Assembly (NCBI RefSeq): GCF_004010195.1 | Contig: NC_057718.1 | Coordinates: forward strand, 76,262,210 to 76,287,281 | Length of the DNA: 25,072 bases | Direction of reading: 5' to 3' | DNA from: Chiloscyllium plagiosum | Lineage: Eukaryota | Part shown: in pieces, positions 11,662-22,059 of the stretch | How positions within the stretch are numbered: position 1 is the first letter of the stretch | Layout: the number at the start of each line of letters is the position of its first letter | Translations under genes and position numbers: made by a program | Notes under the pieces: generated by a model | Database searches by the model: none | What the model was told of the DNA's origin: nothing | What the model saw: only the letters and a program-made list of their open reading frames with translations

Positions 11662-12336
11662 GATTCTGGATTAGTGGTGCTGGAAGAGCACAGCAATTCA
11701 GGCAGCATCCGAGAACAGGCAAAATCGACGTTTCGGGCAAAAGCCCTTCATCAGGAATAAAGGCAGAGAGCCTGAAGCATGGAGAGATAAGCTAGAGGAG
11801 GGTGGGGGTGGGGAGNNNNNNNNNNNNNNNNNNNNNNNNNNNNNNNNNNNNNNNNNNNNNNNNNNNNNNNNNNNNNNNNNNNNNNNNNNNNNNNNNNNNN
11901 NNNNNNNNNNNNNNNNNNNNNNNNNNNNNNNNNNNNNNNNNNNNNNNNNNNNNNNGAGATGTTCCCTAAGGCGCTCTGCTAGGAGGCGCCCAGTCTCCCC
12001 GGTGTAGATGAGACCGCATCGGGAGCAACGGATACAATAGATGATATTAGTGGATGTGCAGGTAAAAGTTTGATGGATGTGGAAGGCTCCTTTAGGGCCT
12101 TGGATGGAGGTGAGGGAGGAGGTGTGGGCGCAGGTTTTACAGTTCCTGCGGTGGCAGGGGAAAGTGCCAGGATGGGAGGGTGGGTGGTAGGGGGGCGTGG
12201 ACCTGACCAGGTAGTCACGGAGGGAACGGTCTTTGCGGAAGGCAGAGAGGGGTGGGGAGGGAAATATATCCCTGGTGGTGGGGTCTGTTTGGAGGTGGCG
12301 GAAATGTCGGCGGATGATTTGGTTTATGCGAAGGGA
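11662..12336 (-). mobile_element. 5'-truncated Penelope-like element: GIY-YIG endonuclease fragment plus pLTR (spans the 140-N gap)
   Basis: Minus strand 12170-11957 translates PGTFPCHRRNCKTCAHTSSLTSIQGPKGAFHIHQTFTCTSTNIIYCIRCSRCGLIYTGETGRLLAERLREH (Cys/His linker plus GIY-YIG motifs). It is preceded by LRINQIIRRHFRHLQTDPTTRDIFP and a frameshift. The pLTR with hammerhead is at 11662-11815. Confidence 0.92.
11720..11761 (-). ncRNA. Minimal type I hammerhead ribozyme motif
   Basis: Minus strand: ttc-CTGATGA-a-gggc-tttt-gccc-GAAA-cgtc-gatt. The core is identical to 4616-4643. Confidence 0.75.
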
Positions 12337-12676
12337 GATGGGTTTCTCCGATCCACTGGATCTAAACCACCATCTACCTTTTTTACATATCTTAACCTAT
12401 TCTCCTCTCAACCTCTGGTGCTCCAGCATATCCAATTCTTCTCCATAGCCTAAATTTTCTAGTCCTCTTAACAGTTCCAAAACTGCTGTTATTTCTTATA
12501 TAACCCAATAAATAAATAAAATATGAAAAAGACATTTAAAGAAGTTCAATTTTAATACAAAAAATAAACATTCACTCAAGTTTTTCCCAACGTATTTCAT
12601 TACTTCCAAGGGAATCTTTTACATTGCGGAAAATAGCAAATATCCTCAACAATTTTGAAAGAGCTTATTTTCTTAC

Positions 12677-12731
12677 CTTTAGTTCTTCAGTTTCCATCTC
12701 TTCAACATCAGTACTCAGCAGATTGGTTTCA
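12677..12731 (-). CDS. Candidate coding exon (ETNLLSTDVEEMETEELK); alternative acceptor at 12762
   Basis: tttcacttcacag|T GAA ACC...GAA CTA AAG|gtaaga. Strong donor, purine-rich exon with GAA repeats, acidic coiled-coil-like peptide, unique DNA. Confidence 0.5.
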
Positions 12732-13143
12732 CTGTGAAGTGAAATTGCATGGTTACAACAAGCTTGAAATGAGAATTGGGTTTTTAAAAAGCCAATATCA
12801 ATTTATAAAACTGTGTTTGCATCTGTTCTTGGAAAATAAGATATTTTCTTCCAAAGAAAGAGCAGAGTAAAGAAGAGTTCATGTATTGTGCTCATCCTCA
12901 GAGTGACTGGATGGATTAGGCACAATATTAACCTGGAGATTGTAAGGACACACATGCTGGAAATCACAAATTGATAAAATGTGGAGCTGAAAACACACAG
13001 CAGGACAGTTTTTCCAGCTCTACATTTTACCACTATATTTAATCTGACCATTTATTATTGAGGGCAGAGGGAAATGTCATGCAGTCTGAAGCATTACAAT
13101 GGGAGCACAGGGGAGGTTGGTAATTTGCGGCTTTATAAAGAAG

Positions 13144-13753
13144 TGTGATGATTCTATGGCTTTAAGAAATGTATTTTATCTTTTTTTTTAAAATGAAGAA
13201 ATGTTGAGACCGAGGTATTGAGCAGTCTGCTCAAAGCCAATAGAGTAAACAGTTTGCAAGGCCTTGGGGTTTCTTTTTAAAGTTGGGGTGGGGTCAAGCT
13301 CCCACAGAACCATGATTTTTAGTTTTAGCTTTCAGCAGTTGTTGGGGTATTGAAAATGGATGTGGAAACTCTTATTCCTCTCTCTGTTATAGCTAAAAAT
13401 GGTCATTCCATTCCTGCTGCTAGAATTGTAAATGAGACAATTTTACTAAATTTGCTTTTCCACAAGTGCTTATGGGATACAACTATAATGGAACAGTTAA
13501 TTAGAAGTAGCTAATATATCTATTTTTCTGTTAAGCATTTGATAGTTACTGTTAAGTCAATTCTTTCCACTTCTTTTTTGTTTGCATTTTAACTGTAGCG
13601 TAAAATAAAGTGTGTTTTGCTCAACTCTGAGTAATTTCACTCGTTGAATTGCATCTGTAATGCAACGCCTATGCAATGCATAAAATAAGAAAAGTTTGGA
13701 GTCTGGACTATCTTCTTAGTATATTTTGAGGGGGTTTGGTCTGGCCCACAACA
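13144..13753 (+). mobile_element. Solo LTR (probably Gypsy-type)
   Basis: Begins TGTGATG and ends CACAACA (TG...CA with an imperfect terminal inverted repeat). Flanked by gaag/gaaa (4-bp TSD with one mismatch). AATAAA at 13604-13609. Length 610 bp, non-coding. Confidence 0.65.
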
Positions 13754-14025
13754 GAAAACATCACTGTCCTCAGGCCTACTTGTACAGCAGCTTGTGCTGC
13801 AATTCCATCCCTCCATTAACATATTAAAAACAATTAATGGAAGCTTTCTCACACCATAATTACTTGAAATATCAGACTATTTTCACTGTTTTGAAATGAA
13901 AAAGAGACAGAGTTACTCAATTCTGCAATGCTGAAGACAAAACTACTATATTAAAAAGGCACCATCAGGATAGAACTTCACCAATCCTCATCTTGAGTTA
14001 TGCTTTTATTCACAATGGATTAAGT

Positions 14026-14167
14026 GATCCAAGTCCATGTTATGTGCCAAAAGCTCCAGTAACTCTAGTACCATTTCTTCCCTATAGGAAAAACAGCATA
14101 CTACAACTAAAATGAATCCTCTGCAGAAATCCAGCACTTTAGATTCCAAATAAAATGGACTTGGATC
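14026..14167. repeat. 21-bp inverted repeat pair with 100-bp spacer (MITE-like)
   Basis: gatccaagtccatgttatgtg (14026-14046) and caaataaaatggacttggatc (14147-14167) are complementary at 19 of 21 positions. Confidence 0.7.
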
Positions 14168-14487
14168 TTCAAAACAATGTGCCTCTCAGGCTACTTAACG
14201 TTTTATTACATTCCCTGTTTAATTTGGGTTCCTCTAATATATTTTTCTTCCCCAAACGTATCACTTAAAAATACTAACACCCTTGAATCCTGAAGTGTGT
14301 TGAGGAAATGAGTGGTATGCAATTCTTCCAGTGCAACTGGTTGATATCTGCCCTACAATTCTAGGTATGAAGGTTTTATCACTTTTTACTCTGGAAGTTC
14401 CCAGTCTTGGCTGAGCCGTTAAGGGGTGCCAAATACAAAAGAGCTTTCCGAAAAAAAGAGGGAAAGTTCGACAAGGACACAACTTAC

Positions 14488-14535
14488 AGGCCATTCACAT
14501 TGGTTCTACCACATTTAGAACCAGGAAACGGAGCA
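14488..14535 (-). CDS. Candidate 48-nt exon (phase 2-2, APFPGSKCGRTNVNG); alternative acceptor at 14614
   Basis: ggttggttttcag|TGCTCCG...AATGGCCT|gtaagt has a consensus donor and joins in frame to the 12731 acceptor. Confidence 0.4.
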
Positions 14536-15052
14536 CTGAAAACCAACCAGTATGAGTACGGGTAGAACATATAAAACAGGCTTTGTTCGTTTGACACCAC
14601 ATTTTAAAAGCCATCTGAAAGGCTTAGTGATTACTACTGCTGGGAAAGGATCCTAATCACACTGCTTAATAGCTATGTAAAGGACCTCAATGCATGCTCA
14701 CATTTGAAGTAACTTTTTCAATTGACAGAAATGTATAAAACAAAAGTTTAAAAAATGAAAAAAACGTATAATTTTAATTTAATCTGATATTGTTTTTATA
14801 TATACTTCCTCACAAATTGTTAAATACGCCAGAGAAGTGAAAATTATTGTAGTTCAGTTTTAATTTCACTGCACTGACGCAAGCACAACTGTCTCAGTTT
14901 GTAGTCCAATAGTTTCAGAGTTGTTTTCTTCTAACATTTGAGAAATGTGTACGGATCATTAAGAACTTCAATCCACTTTAAAGGCTTTGATGCCATTCAT
15001 AGACAGCTTGATGAAGTCACACCAATCGCTTCAGTTGAGGTAATTATCTTAC

Positions 15053-15174
15053 ACACACACTTCTTCGAGGCGCTCATTAGATTCCTTTCACAAGGCAATA
15101 ATTCCACAGTCACCATGAGTGACACAGAGTGAAGAAGTTCGTTCTTCTATGGGCTAATCTTGATTGGAAAACAT
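15053..15174 (-). other. Candidate exon (coding or UTR status unclear)
   Basis: Strong acceptor gtcttttttctcag|ATGTTTTCC. Using the gtaaga donor (exon end 15053) all frames contain a stop. Using the weaker gtgact donor (exon end 15114) gives the open frame VFQSRLAHRRTNFFTLCHS. Confidence 0.3.
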
Positions 15175-15344
15175 CTGAGAAAAAAGACTTTAACCAGTTT
15201 GGAAACTCCTATTCCATTAATAAGAAAGTTGGTAAGGGGAAGACTTGAAGGGGATATAGTGTGTTAGTTAGCCTGTCACCCATATTGCAATACCGTATGG
15301 GCATCTTTCCTTGTTGATCTGAGTCTCACTGGCCACATTTGCTC

Positions 15345-15900
15345 CTACAACAACATATATCACCTTCAATACAATGCATGTCCCAAGGCTCTTCACAAGG
15401 ACATTATATAATAAAATTTCACATCAACCTAAATAAGGAGGTAACTGGTCAGATGACCAAAAACTTCATAGAAGCTGAAGGCTTTACAGGTTGGTCTTAT
15501 TGGAAAAAAGTAGGCAGGCAGAGAAATGTGGGGAGTGCACTCAAGAGTTTCAGACCTAGGCAACTGATGGCATGGTCACCACAAAGAGAGAAATTAAACT
15601 TGGTACAAGAAGCTAGAATTCAAGGAGCTGAGATATGGAGGGTTATGAGGCAGGATGAAAATGCCGGGTGCTGGTGGGTGGGATTGGATTGGGATGGCTG
15701 GTCGGCATGGATGAGTTGGACCGAGGGGTCTGTTTCCGTGCTGTACATCTCTATGACATGGAGGATTATGAAAACAAGGTTAAGAAATTTAGTGTCCACA
15801 TTTCTTTATTGGGAGCTAGTGTAGGTCAGCAGTTCTGGGATGTTGGGGGTTAGGCAAATGTGATGTATAGATCATAAAAGGGGACTAAAAGGGAGCAAAT
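15345..15900 (-). mobile_element. Decayed L2-like LINE 3' fragment
   Basis: cagatgaccaaaaacttcatagaagctgaaggcttt...cctaggcaactgatggcatggtcacca resembles the recalled antisense of a shark L2-type 3' region. Confidence 0.45.
15655..15757 (+). mobile_element. CR1/SINE 3' tail fragment nested in the L2-like element
   Basis: ggtcggcatggatgagttggaccgaggggtctgtttccgtgctgtacatctctatgac is the reverse complement of the tail at about 20508-20565. Confidence 0.85.
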
Positions 15901-16404
15901 TTGTATTTGGGTTGTGTTAATCTTCAACTGTCACCCAAGCTTTAGGTAATATTTGTGATGTGGAAATAGCTATGGTGAAATTCAGAAAAATTCAAAAGGT
16001 GTTTGGCTTTAATACCTGAAAGCCATTCTGCAGACCTGTCAACAAAACGCCAAGCTCCATTAAAAAATAGGCATTAAAAACTAGCAGCTCTCAGAAGTGG
16101 ACATGAATATCCATCTAAACCTTGACTGGGATGTACCAAAACAAGGGAGACATTCCAATGAAGTTTGCTCTTAAGGTCAGATGACTGAATTCTGAGAAAC
16201 TGTTCAACTGCACTGACAATTCCAAGGTAACTATTATAGGAAATGTAAATTTGAAACTGTAAATTTTCAAAGTAAACAATATCAAAACAGCAAGGAGGAA
16301 AAGGTAAGATTGGAACTGAGATGTCCAAGTTTGTCATGGGAAAGAAATGATCAACGAATGCAATAAGCATCTGGGAACAATAATAGAAATACAATTTATT
16401 TAAC

Positions 16405-16600
16405 AAAAACAGACAACACTAAAGAAATTCAACACGTCTGGCAACATCTGTGAAGAGAGAAACAGCAAATTGTTCTGAAGAAAAATATTAAGATTTGAGA
16501 CATTAACTGTTTCTCTGTGGATGCTGCCAGACCTGCTGAATTTCTCCAGTATTTTATGCTTGATTCCAGATTTCCACCATGCAGTATTTTTCTTTTATTT
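16405..16600. mobile_element. Palindromic Penelope-derived element (same family as 2500-2710)
   Basis: tctggcaacatctgtgaagagagaaacag pairs with ctgtttctctgtggatgctgccaga. The centre retains CTGAAGA (16475-16481), but GAAAC has become GAGAC. Confidence 0.65.
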
Positions 16601-17589
16601 GAAACAACTTATAATTCAGACACACTAACATAGTGGTCCTATTAATTATTCCTGGATCGTGAAAGAGGATTTTAAAAAAAGCCTTCCTCCTGGAATTACA
16701 GTTTATTGATCTTAAAATTGATTTCAGACCTTGGCATCAATTAATCTAGAAATAACAGTGTCTCCACTAAAATTTTAAAGTAAAATAAATATCTGGGCAG
16801 TTAGTCACAGTACATTTGATTATTTGGCTCTATGATACTACAAGCTGATGTTGATGAAACAAGGTGTTGTTATATTACATGGAAACTGCATGTGAACAGG
16901 CAATTCAGCATAACCAGTTTTATCTAGCACACAAGCAGGTAGTCTTGTTCATAGCCATCTCCTTTTTACCTGAGTTTCCAAATATCACAATCTTAATGAC
17001 CTTTGACCATAGATATGTGACATCATCTTTATTAACACTGCATTGCAGCTTACGTTTTTAGGTATTTCACAAGTTGTTAATATCAATTTGAAGTTTCATT
17101 TAGACTTCAAAATTGTAAAATTTGGGACAATTAATTGCAATTTGAAAAACACTTCTAGCTGCCTTATATCAAAACCTTTGGTGGACTTAGCAAACAGTCA
17201 TGATTCCAGAGAAGAATGCCATGGGACACAGCCATCCAGTTTCATTTACTCTTAGAAACTGCCCTCAATTCTGATATTTTTCTCTATGTTAAGCAGTTCT
17301 TAATCCAATTTGCTAGACTCCAAAATTCCACATCTCTTCTCCAATGTCATTCAGACTCTCCTTTCTTACACACGATGACAACCTTTATTTGTTCTTTTCC
17401 CCTCTCCAAACCTCCGTGGCTACTTTAAAATTGCAACATTCACTTTGATAAAATGTAATTGATCTGAAATATTAATTCTTTCTCTCTCCATTAATGCTGT
17501 CTGATCTGTTGACAGTACCTCCAACATTTTCATATTTTATACGTTGGATGGTGAACATTTGTAGCATTTTAGTTTTGCAACTCATTTGA

Positions 17590-17905
17590 GGATTCTAGTC
17601 TGGATAGAGTGAATTGACATTTTTCCAAGGATGGGGGAGTCCAAAACCAGAAGGCATAGGTTTAAGATGTGAGGGGAAAGATTTAAAAAGGTGGTGCGTG
17701 TATGGAACAAGCTGCCAGAGGAAGTGGTGGAGGCAAGTACAATTACAACATTTAAAAGGCACCTAGATAGGTATATAAATAAAAAAGGTTCAGAGGGAAA
17801 TGAGCCAAATGGGACTAGATCAGATTGGGACATTTGGTCAGCACAGGCGAGTTGGACTGCAGGGTTGCAGGGTCTGTTTCCGAGTTGTATGATTATGACC
17901 CTATG
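17590..17905 (+). mobile_element. CR1 3' end
   Basis: 'VRVWNKLPEEVVEASTITTFKRHLDRYI' (ORF2 C-terminus) followed by the 3' tail. Confidence 0.9.
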
Positions 17906-18054
17906 TCCATTTCAATTGATTCTTGCTTGAGCTGAGTAAAATAAATTACCTGGCCAAAAGAAATGGTGGCACACACAAGCACAGATTCTGACCAATGTGT
18001 TCTGCATCATTTAAATCAACCAAATAATGGAAATCAATGTTGACCACACAGAAT

Positions 18055-18490
18055 AACAAGAATCTATGCAATCATTGATATACTTCCACATTCCTGCCCT
18101 TTCAACTCTGAAGAATTCCAAAGACACTTAACCCTCAGAAGAAATTCCCCCTCATTTCAGTGTTAAATTGGCACCCTTTGTTTGAAGGCTATGTCCTCTG
18201 ATCCTAGGCTATACAATGTGGGGAAACATTCTCTCAGCATTTACCCTGTCAAGTCCCTGAAGAATCCTATATGCTTTAATGAGATTATTATTGTTCTTCT
18301 CACCTCAAGTGAGTAGTTTTAGCTTTTGTTCACAAGACAATCCCTCCATACCAGGGGTCATCCTAGTAAACCTTCTCTGAACTTCCTCCAACGAAATGAT
18401 ATCTTTCCTTCAAAAATGGGACCAAAGCTGCTCATGATTCTCCAGACGTTGTCTCATCTGTACAGTTACAGCAAGACTTCCCTACATCCC
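18055..18490 (-). mobile_element. Older CR1 3' fragment
   Basis: gaagaattccaaagac...gaagaaattccccctcatttcagtgttaaat...accttctctgaacttcctccaa resembles antisense CR1 ORF2 C-terminal sequence. Confidence 0.7.
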
Positions 18491-18519
18491 TGGACAGTAC
18501 GGACAATTCAGTACAGTCA

Positions 18520-19330
18520 ATGTTTCAAGCTGTCACAAGCTATTTCCCCACATTCTATATCTTTCATGTTCTTCTTCACAGTAAACACGGATGAAAAATA
18601 CTCGTTTGGAACCTCCCCCATTTCCTGCAGCTCTACACATAGGCTGCCTTGCTGATCTTTTGAGAGGCCCTATTCTCTTCCTAGAGACTCTTTTGCCCTT
18701 AATGTATTTGTAAAAAGCCTTTGGATTTTCCTTAACCTTATCTGCCAAAGCACTCTCATGTCCCCTTTTTGCCCTCCTGATTTCCCTCTCAAGTATACTC
18801 CTATTGCCTTTATATTCTAAGGACTCACTCGTTCTCTCCTGTCTATATCTGACATATCCTTTCTTCTTTTCATAACCAAAACCTCAATCCAGCATTCCCT
18901 ACATCTCCAGCCTTGCCTTTCAATATACTGTCTCTGGACTCTCGTTATCTCATTTTTGAAGATTTCCCATTTTCCACTTGTCCTTTTACCTGTGAACATC
19001 TGCCCCCAATCAGCTTTTGAAAGTTCATGCCTAATACTTTCAAAATTAGCCTTCCTACATTTTAGAACTTCAACTTTTAGATCTGGTCTATTCTTTTCCA
19101 TCACTATTTTAAAACTAATAGAATTATGATGAATGGCCCTAAACTGCTCCCCCACTGACACCTCAGTAACCTGCCCTGTCTTATTTCCCAAGAGTAGGTG
19201 AAGTTTTGCACCTTCTCTGGCAGGTACATCCACATACTGAATCAGAAAATTTTCTTGTACACATTTAAATTCTTCTTCATCTCAACCTTGAACGCTATGG
19301 CAGTCCTAGTCTATGTTTGGAAAGTTAAAA
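18520..19330 (-). mobile_element. CR1 ORF2 fragment (end of APE domain and linker)
   Basis: 'PAREGAKLHLLLGNKTGQVTEVSVGEQF...HNSISFKIVME...RKANF' and 'ADKVKENPKAFYKYIKGKRVSRKRIGPLK'. Confidence 0.85.
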
Positions 19331-20186
19331 TTGGCCCTCCAAGCCTACGCCAATCCATATCCTCCATCTATATCTATTTTCTTAGGGTCTGTATCCCTTT
19401 GCTTCCTGCCCATTCATGGATCTGTCTAGATACATCTTAAACTACGCTATCGTTCCCGCCCCTACTAACAACCTCTGCGTGAAGAACTTTCCACATATAT
19501 CTCCCCTAAACTTTTCTCCTCTCACTTTAGAACTCATAACCCCAAGTGAATGAGTGCTCAACTCGGGGGAAAAAAAAGTTTCTTGTCATCCATCCTGCCT
19601 ACCCCTCTCATGATTTTATAGGCCTCAATCAGGTTCCCCCCCACCCCCAACGAAAATAATCCTAATCTACTCAACCTCTCTTCACAGCTAGCACCCACCA
19701 TACCAGGCAACATCCTGGTGAACCTCCTCTGCATCCTCTTCAAAGCATCCACATCCTTTTGGTAATGTGGCGACCAGAACTCTACACAGTAATCCAAATA
19801 TGGCCAAACCAAAGTCTTATACAACTGTAACATGGGCTGCCAAGTCTTGTACTCAATACCTCGTCCAATGAAGGAAAGCATGCCGTATGCCTTCTTGACC
19901 ACTCTATTGACCAGCGTTGCCACCCTCAGCGTACAATGCACCTGAATATCCAGATCACTCTGTACATCAATTTTCCCCAGGACTTTTATATTTATTATAT
20001 AGTTCACTCTGGAATTGCATCTTCCAAACTGCATCACCTTACATTTGCCTGGATTGAACTCCAACTGCCATTTCTGTGCCCAATTCTCCAATCTCTCTCT
20101 CTCTCTTCTGCTGTATTCTCTGAAAGTCCCCTTCACTACCTGATACTCCACCAATCTTTGTGTCATCTGCAAACTTGCTAATGAGG

Positions 20187-20310
20187 AGAAAGTGAGGTCT
20201 GCAGATGCTGGAGATCAGAGATGGAAATGTGTTGCTGGAAAAGCACAGCAGGTCAGGCAGCATCTAGGGAACAAGAGAATCGACGTTTCGGGCATTAGCC
20301 CTTCTTCAGG
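20187..20310 (-). mobile_element. Short Penelope pLTR-derived insertion with 16-bp TSD
   Basis: Flanked by the direct repeat aaacttgctaatgagg (20171-20186 and 20311-20326). The sequence is homologous to 4615-4740. Confidence 0.85.
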
Positions 20311-20313
20311 AAA
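20276..20313 (-). ncRNA. Minimal type I hammerhead ribozyme motif (CUGAAGA variant)
   Basis: Minus strand: ttc-CTGAAGA-a-gggc-taat-gccc-GAAA-cgtc-gatt. Confidence 0.7.
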
Positions 20314-20502
20314 CTTGCTAATGAGGCAACCAAAACCTTCCTCCAAATCATTTATGCATATCACAAACAACAGTGGTCCCAGCACGGATCTCTGTGGGAC
20401 ACCACATCAGTCTCAGGTCTCCATTTTGAGAAGCTCCCTTCCACTATTATTGTCTCTTGTTGCCCAACCAGGTCTCTATCATCTAGCTCGAACACTCTGG
20501 AC

Positions 20503-22059
20503 TCAGAGTCATAGAGATGTACAGCATGGAAACAGACCCTTCGGTCCAACCCATCCATGCCGATCAGATATCCCAACCCAATCTAGTCCCACTTGCCAGC
20601 GCATGGCCCATATCCCTCCAAACCCTTCCTATTCATATCTCAATCCAAATGCCTCTGAAATGTTGCAATTGTACCAGCATCCACCACTTCCTCTGGCAGC
20701 TCATTCCATACATGTACCACCCTCTGCGTGAAAAAGTTGCCCCTTAGGTCTCTTTTATATCTTTCCCCTCTCACCCTAAACCTATGCCCTCTAGTTCTGG
20801 ACTCCCCGATCCCAGGGAAAAGACTTTGTCTATTTATCCTATCCATGCCCCTCATAAATTTTGTAAACCTCTATAAGGTCACCCCTCAGCCTCCGACGCT
20901 CCAAGGAAAACAGCCCCANNNNNNNNNNNNNNNNNNNNNNNNNNNNNNNNNNNNNNNNNNNNNNNNNNNNNNNNNNNNNNNNNNNNNNNNNNNNNNNNNN
21001 NNNNNNNNNNNNNNNNNNNNNNNNNNNNNNNNNNNNNNNNNNNNNNNNNNNNNNNNNNNNNNNNNNNNNNNNNNNNNNNNNNNNNNNNNNNNNNNNNNNN
21101 NNNNNNNNNNNNNNNNNNNNNNNNNNNNNNNNNNNNNNNNNNNNNNNNNNNNNNNNNNNNNNNNNNNNNNNNNNNNNNNNNNNNNNNNNNNNNNNNNNNN
21201 NNNNNNNNNNNNNNNNNNNNNNNNNNNNNNNNNNNNNNNNNNNNNNNNNNNNNNNNNNNNNNNNNNNNNNNNNNNNNNNNNNNNNNNNNNNNNNNNNNNN
21301 NNNNNNNNNNNNNNNNNNNNNNNNNNNNNNNNNNNNNNNNNNNNNNNNNNNNNNNNNNNNNNNNNNNNNNNNNNNNNNNNNNNNNNNNNNNNNNNNNNNN
21401 NNNNNNNNNNNNNNNNNNNNNNNNNNNNNNNNNNNNNNNNNNNNNNNNNNNNNNNNNNNNNNNNNNNNNNNNNNNNNNNNNNNNNNNNNNNNNNNNNNNN
21501 NNNNNNNNNNNNNNNNNNNNNNNNNNNNNNNNNNNNNNNNNNNNNNNNNNNNNNNNNNNNNNNNNNNNNNNNNNNNNNNNNNNNNNNNNNNNNNNNNNNN
21601 NAACCTTGCTAATCAGTCTCCCATGGGGAACCTTGTCGAACGCCTTACTGAAGTTCACATAGATCACATTTACTGCCCTGTCCTCATCTACCTTCTTTGT
21701 TACTTTTTCAAAAAATTCAATCAAGTTTGTGAGACATGATTTCCCACGCACAAAACCATGTTGACTATCCCGAATCAGTCCTTGCTTTTCCAAATACATG
21801 TACATCCTGTCCCTCAGGATTCCCTCCAACAACTTGCCCACCACCGAGGTCAGGCTCACCGGTCTATAGTTCCCTGGCTTGTCTTTACCACCCTTCCTAA
21901 ACAGTGGTACCACATTTGCCAACCTCCAGTCTTCCGGCACCTCACCTGTGACTATCGATGATACAAATATCTCAGCAAGAGGCCCAGTAATCACTTCTCT
22001 AGCTTCCCACAGAGTTCTCGGGTATACCTTATCATGTCCTGGGGATTTATCTACCTTTA
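20503..22059 (-). mobile_element. Young 5'-truncated CR1 LINE (RT domain, gap, 3' tail)
   Basis: Stop-free 'VDKSPGHDKVYPRTLWEAREVI...GNYRPVSLTSVVGKLLE...QHGFVRGKSCLTNLIEFFE...FSKAFDKVPHGRL' (22058-21602), C-terminus 'RGHRFRVRGERYKRDLRGNFFTQRVVHVWNELPEEVV', and tail to about 20505. The middle is a 683-N gap. Confidence 0.92.

Larger units (their letters stand above)
11500..12500 (-). mobile_element. Old CR1 3' fragment split by the Penelope insertion at 11662-12336
   Basis: The flanks join as gaccattctccaaaggga|gatgggtttctccgatccactggatctaaacc, collinear with CR1 3' sequence. Confidence 0.5.

Noticed and set aside
11979..12453. Pro-rich and Gly-rich ORFs
   Set aside because: Off-frame or antisense readings of the Penelope GIY-YIG fragment.
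15083..15095. In-frame TGA as possible selenocysteine in the 15053-15174 exon
   Set aside because: The same frame has an upstream TAG, and there is no SECIS evidence.
16016..16257. Further minus-strand exon candidates (20 nt at 16016-16035; YLGIVSAVEQFLRIQSS... frame)
   Set aside because: Splice sites are weak or ambiguous and several incompatible joins are possible, so it is too easy to overfit.
17084..17115. Hairpin caatttgaagt / acttcaaaattg
   Set aside because: Short and AT-rich, so plausible by chance.
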